32,000 nucleotides of DNA, taken from assembly GCF_000283555.1 (NCBI RefSeq), contig NC_016012.1:690001-722000 (forward strand). The letters run 5' to 3'. Source of the stretch: Candidatus Arthromitus sp. SFB-rat-Yit (GTDB lineage Bacteria; Bacillota; Clostridia; Clostridiales; Clostridiaceae). Shown in pieces: positions 29,337-32,000 of this stretch. The notes under the pieces are model-generated. The model made no database searches. It was not told the DNA's origin and saw only the letters and a program-made list of their open reading frames with translations. A program made the translations under genes and the position numbers. Numbering within the stretch: position 1 is the first letter of the stretch; each line of letters begins with the position of its first letter.

Positions 29337-31667
29337 TTGGGAAATATGAGCAAAATATCTAACGTAGACAAAAAAAATGTAGACAAAAAGAAAGAAATCA
29401 CAGGAGTTGTATTAATTTTAATTGCATTATTGTTGATAATAAGTTTCTATAGTAATACAGATGCGTTTTTACTTGTTTTTATTAGAAATTTAGTCAATAA
29501 TGGCATTGGTGTTGGAGGATATGTATTACCAATTCTAATTGGATTTATTGGTATTGGGTACATTACAAAAAAGAAAATCAAAGACTTCAACAAAAAGTTT
29601 TATGCACTTGTTATTTCTCTGGTAACACTTTATCTTATCATAAGTTTAATAACTTTAGACAAGTTTAATAGCAGAACATATCTTTCTACACTTCAAGCTG
29701 TTATGTCAAGTACTTCTACTTTTCATGGTGGAGTATTGGGTGTTAGCATAATGCGTTTATTTAAATCATTTATTGGTTTTGCGGGCAGCTTAGCTTTATT
29801 AATTACGGTTCTTATTATCAGCATTATAGTTATATTTGATAAATCTTTATATGATATAGGACAAATTGTCAAAAAAAAAATAAGTGATATTTCCAATAAA
29901 AGGAATACTGACAAAAATGTATTTGAGAATAATAACTCAAAAGAATCGAAGAAAATAAATGATAATGAGATGCATATAAGTAAAAAGAAAAAGAGCAATG
30001 CATCCATAGTTAAGTTTTTATCTAAATCATTATCCCTTGAAGAACCTCAAGAAGTTTCAAGCATCGTTAAAGAAGAATCAGATGAAGAATCTTTAAGAGA
30101 AATTTGTGAAGAACCTCTTTATGAAGAAGATAAAGATATTCCAATTTATGAAGAAGATAAAGATATTCCAAAAAATAATGACAATAATAATGAACAAATT
30201 ATATCTAACGATTTTAAAGAAAATAAAACTAACAATGAATACACTAGAATTAGTTATGACGATATTAATAATGCTTTAGAAGATATAGACACAGATGATT
30301 CCTATGAAGTTTCTGAAGAACTTAAAAGAAAAAAGGAATTGCTTCAAAAAACATTGGATGATTTCAAGGTGAAGGCTGAAATTAAAAATGTACAAAAAGG
30401 ACCAGCAGTAACTAGATATGAAATAGAGCCACATAAAGGTGTGAAAGTAAGCAAGATATTAAATTTATCAGATGATATAGCACTAGCACTTGCTACTAGT
30501 GGAATAAGAATTGAAGCTCCAATCCCTGGGAAATCACTTGTTGGAATCGAGGTTCCAAATGATGTGGTTTCTATGATAAAATTTAAGGAGATTATAAATT
30601 CTGAAGAATTTAATTCTTCTAAACTTAAAATTGGTATTGGACTTGGTAAAGACATAAGTGGCAAAAGTATTGTTGCAGATCTTGCTACTATGCCACACTT
30701 GTTAATTGCTGGAGCTACTGGTTCGGGTAAATCAGTTTGCATAAATACAATTTTAATAAGTATATTGTGCGAATATCTTCCAGATCAAGTTAAAATTATA
30801 CTTATTGACCCTAAGGTTGTTGAACTTAATGTTTATAATGGAATTCCTCATCTTTTGATACCAGTTGTGACAGATCCTAAAAAAGCATCTCATGCGTTAA
30901 ATTGGGCAATAACTGAGATGACAAGCAGATATAATAAATTTGCTGAAAAAGGAGTTAGGAATATAGATAGTTACAATGAGTTGTATAACACAGGAGAAAT
31001 TGATGAGAAAATACCGTACATAGTTATTGTAATTGATGAGCTTGCTGACCTTATGATGGTTTGTCATAATGAGGTTGAAGATGCTATAGCAAGACTTGCA
31101 CAAATGGCTCGTGCTGCAGGAATGCATTTAGTAATAGCGACACAAAGACCTTCTGTTGACGTTATAACTGGAGTTATTAAAGCGAATATACCATCTAGAA
31201 TATCTTTTTCCGTTTCTAGTTCTGTAGATTCACGCACGATTTTGGATCAATCTGGAGCTGAAAAGTTATTGGGTCGTGGAGATATGTTATTTTATCCTAT
31301 GGGATACTTGAAACCTCAACGTGTACAAGGTGCATTTATTTCGGAATCTGAGGTTGAAAAATTTGTAGATAGTATAAAGAAAAATTACAAATCAAAAGTT
31401 GAATATAATGAAGAAATTATTGAACATATAAATAATGCTACTTCAAAAGTTGAGGTTGGAAATTTTAAAGGGGATGAGTTATTAGAAGAAGCTATAAAAA
31501 TAGTTGTACAATCTAATATTACAACTACTTCATTTCTTCAAAGGAGACTTAAGATTGGATATAATAGAGCGGCAAATTTAATAGAAGAAATTGAAGCTAG
31601 AGGCATTATTGGAATAGGTCCGTCTGGTAAAAAAGAGGTTTTAGTAAAAGAGGAAGATTTATTTTAA
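29337..31667 (+). CDS. DNA translocase FtsK/SpoIIIE
   Basis: Four to five N-terminal TM segments, acidic linker, Walker [10 protein letters not shown], Walker [12 protein letters not shown], and a gamma winged-helix [27 protein letters not shown]. The start could also be ATG 29346. Confidence 0.96.
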   Translation: MGNMSKISNVDKKNVDKKKEITGVVLILIALLLIISFYSNTDAFLLVFIRNLVNNGIGVGGYVLPILIGFIGIGYITKKKIKDFNKKFYALVISLVTLYLIISLITLDKFNSRTYLSTLQAVMSSTSTFHGGVLGVSIMRLFKSFIGFAGSLALLITVLIISIIVIFDKSLYDIGQIVKKKISDISNKRNTDKNVFENNNSKESKKINDNEMHISKKKKSNASIVKFLSKSLSLEEPQEVSSIVKEESDEESLREICEEPLYEEDKDIPIYEEDKDIPKNNDNNNEQIISNDFKENKTNNEYTRISYDDINNALEDIDTDDSYEVSEELKRKKELLQKTLDDFKVKAEIKNVQKGPAVTRYEIEPHKGVKVSKILNLSDDIALALATSGIRIEAPIPGKSLVGIEVPNDVVSMIKFKEIINSEEFNSSKLKIGIGLGKDISGKSIVADLATMPHLLIAGATGSGKSVCINTILISILCEYLPDQVKIILIDPKVVELNVYNGIPHLLIPVVTDPKKASHALNWAITEMTSRYNKFAEKGVRNIDSYNELYNTGEIDEKIPYIVIVIDELADLMMVCHNEVEDAIARLAQMARAAGMHLVIATQRPSVDVITGVIKANIPSRISFSVSSSVDSRTILDQSGAEKLLGRGDMLFYPMGYLKPQRVQGAFISESEVEKFVDSIKKNYKSKVEYNEEIIEHINNATSKVEVGNFKGDELLEEAIKIVVQSNITTTSFLQRRLKIGYNRAANLIEEIEARGIIGIGPSGKKEVLVKEEDLF
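29871..29880 (+). repeat. A10 homopolymer inside the ftsK/spoIIIE coding sequence
   Basis: GTC-A10-TAAGTGAT, encoding V-K-K-K-I-S-D. Confidence 0.9.
30118..30171 (+). repeat. Perfect 27-bp tandem duplication in the FtsK linker
   Basis: TTTATGAAGAAGATAAAGATATTCCAA occurs twice back-to-back (30118-30144 and 30145-30171), encoding repeated YEEDKDIP. Confidence 0.95.
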
Positions 31668-31695
31668 ATTATTTTTTGTGAGTGAGGAAACAAAA

Positions 31696-32000
31696 GTGAA
31701 AAAATTAAAATTAGGTGTTATAAGTCTTGGATGCGATAAAAATACGATCGACACAGAAATGTTTTTAGGAAGTTTGGTTGATAAATTTGAAATTACATTA
31801 AATGAGGAAGATGCAGATATTTTAATAATAAATACTTGTTCGTTTATTGAATCTGCAAAACAGGAATCTATTGATACCATACTTGATATTAGCAAGTATA
31901 AATCTAAAAATTTGAAGGTTCTTGTGGTTACTGGATGTTTATCAAAAAGATATGGAAAAGAACTTTTTGAAGATATTCCAGAGATAGATATACTCCTCGG
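31696..32000 (+). CDS. rimO: Ribosomal protein S12 methylthiotransferase RimO, N-terminal part (runs off window end)
   Basis: GTG start; [21 protein letters not shown]...[24 protein letters not shown]...[11 protein letters not shown]. Confidence 0.93.
   Translation, partial: MKKLKLGVISLGCDKNTIDTEMFLGSLVDKFEITLNEEDADILIINTCSFIESAKQESIDTILDISKYKSKNLKVLVVTGCLSKRYGKELFEDIPEIDILL

Noticed and set aside
30344-30742. 132-aa antisense ORF within ftsK/spoIIIE
   Set aside because: It lies opposite the highly conserved motor domain, has no convincing RBS or domain, and is the expected shadow of a long AT-rich gene.

Overview
This window is an AT-rich, Clostridia-like housekeeping region, almost entirely on the + strand. 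Reading left to right it holds: comM/yifB 3' end, dprA, topA, rpsB, tsf, pyrH, frr, uppS, cdsA, rseP, ispG, polC, a divergent Crp/Fnr regulator paired with hcp, rimP, nusA, ylxR, infB, rbfA, nrnA, truB, ribF, rpsO, pnp, ylmC/ymxH, an aspartate kinase gene, a ClpP-like tepA, ftsK/spoIIIE, and the 5' end of rimO. I see no CRISPR array, rRNA, tRNA, phage module or transposase, and no clearly new multigene system. The host could be a segmented-filamentous-bacterium-like Clostridiaceae, but that is only an impression. The most interesting points are: (1) hcp is split into two ORFs at a T7 run. The run has canonical U_UUU_UUU phase, and a -1 shift restores an Hcp-like 529-aa protein with its recognisable metal-ligand motifs intact. 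(2) A GTTGT-N4-ACAAC palindrome lies between the Crp/Fnr gene and hcp. It sits at a predicted -41.5 for hcp and just downstream of the regulator's own predicted start. (3) Structured leaders precede rpsB, rpsO, pnp and the rimP-nusA operon. (4) An A10 run in ftsK/spoIIIE leads to an immediate stop after either a +1 or a -1 slip. (5) ftsK also carries a perfect 27-bp tandem duplication. (6) codY, dxr and the ylxQ/L7Ae gene are missing from their usual positions.
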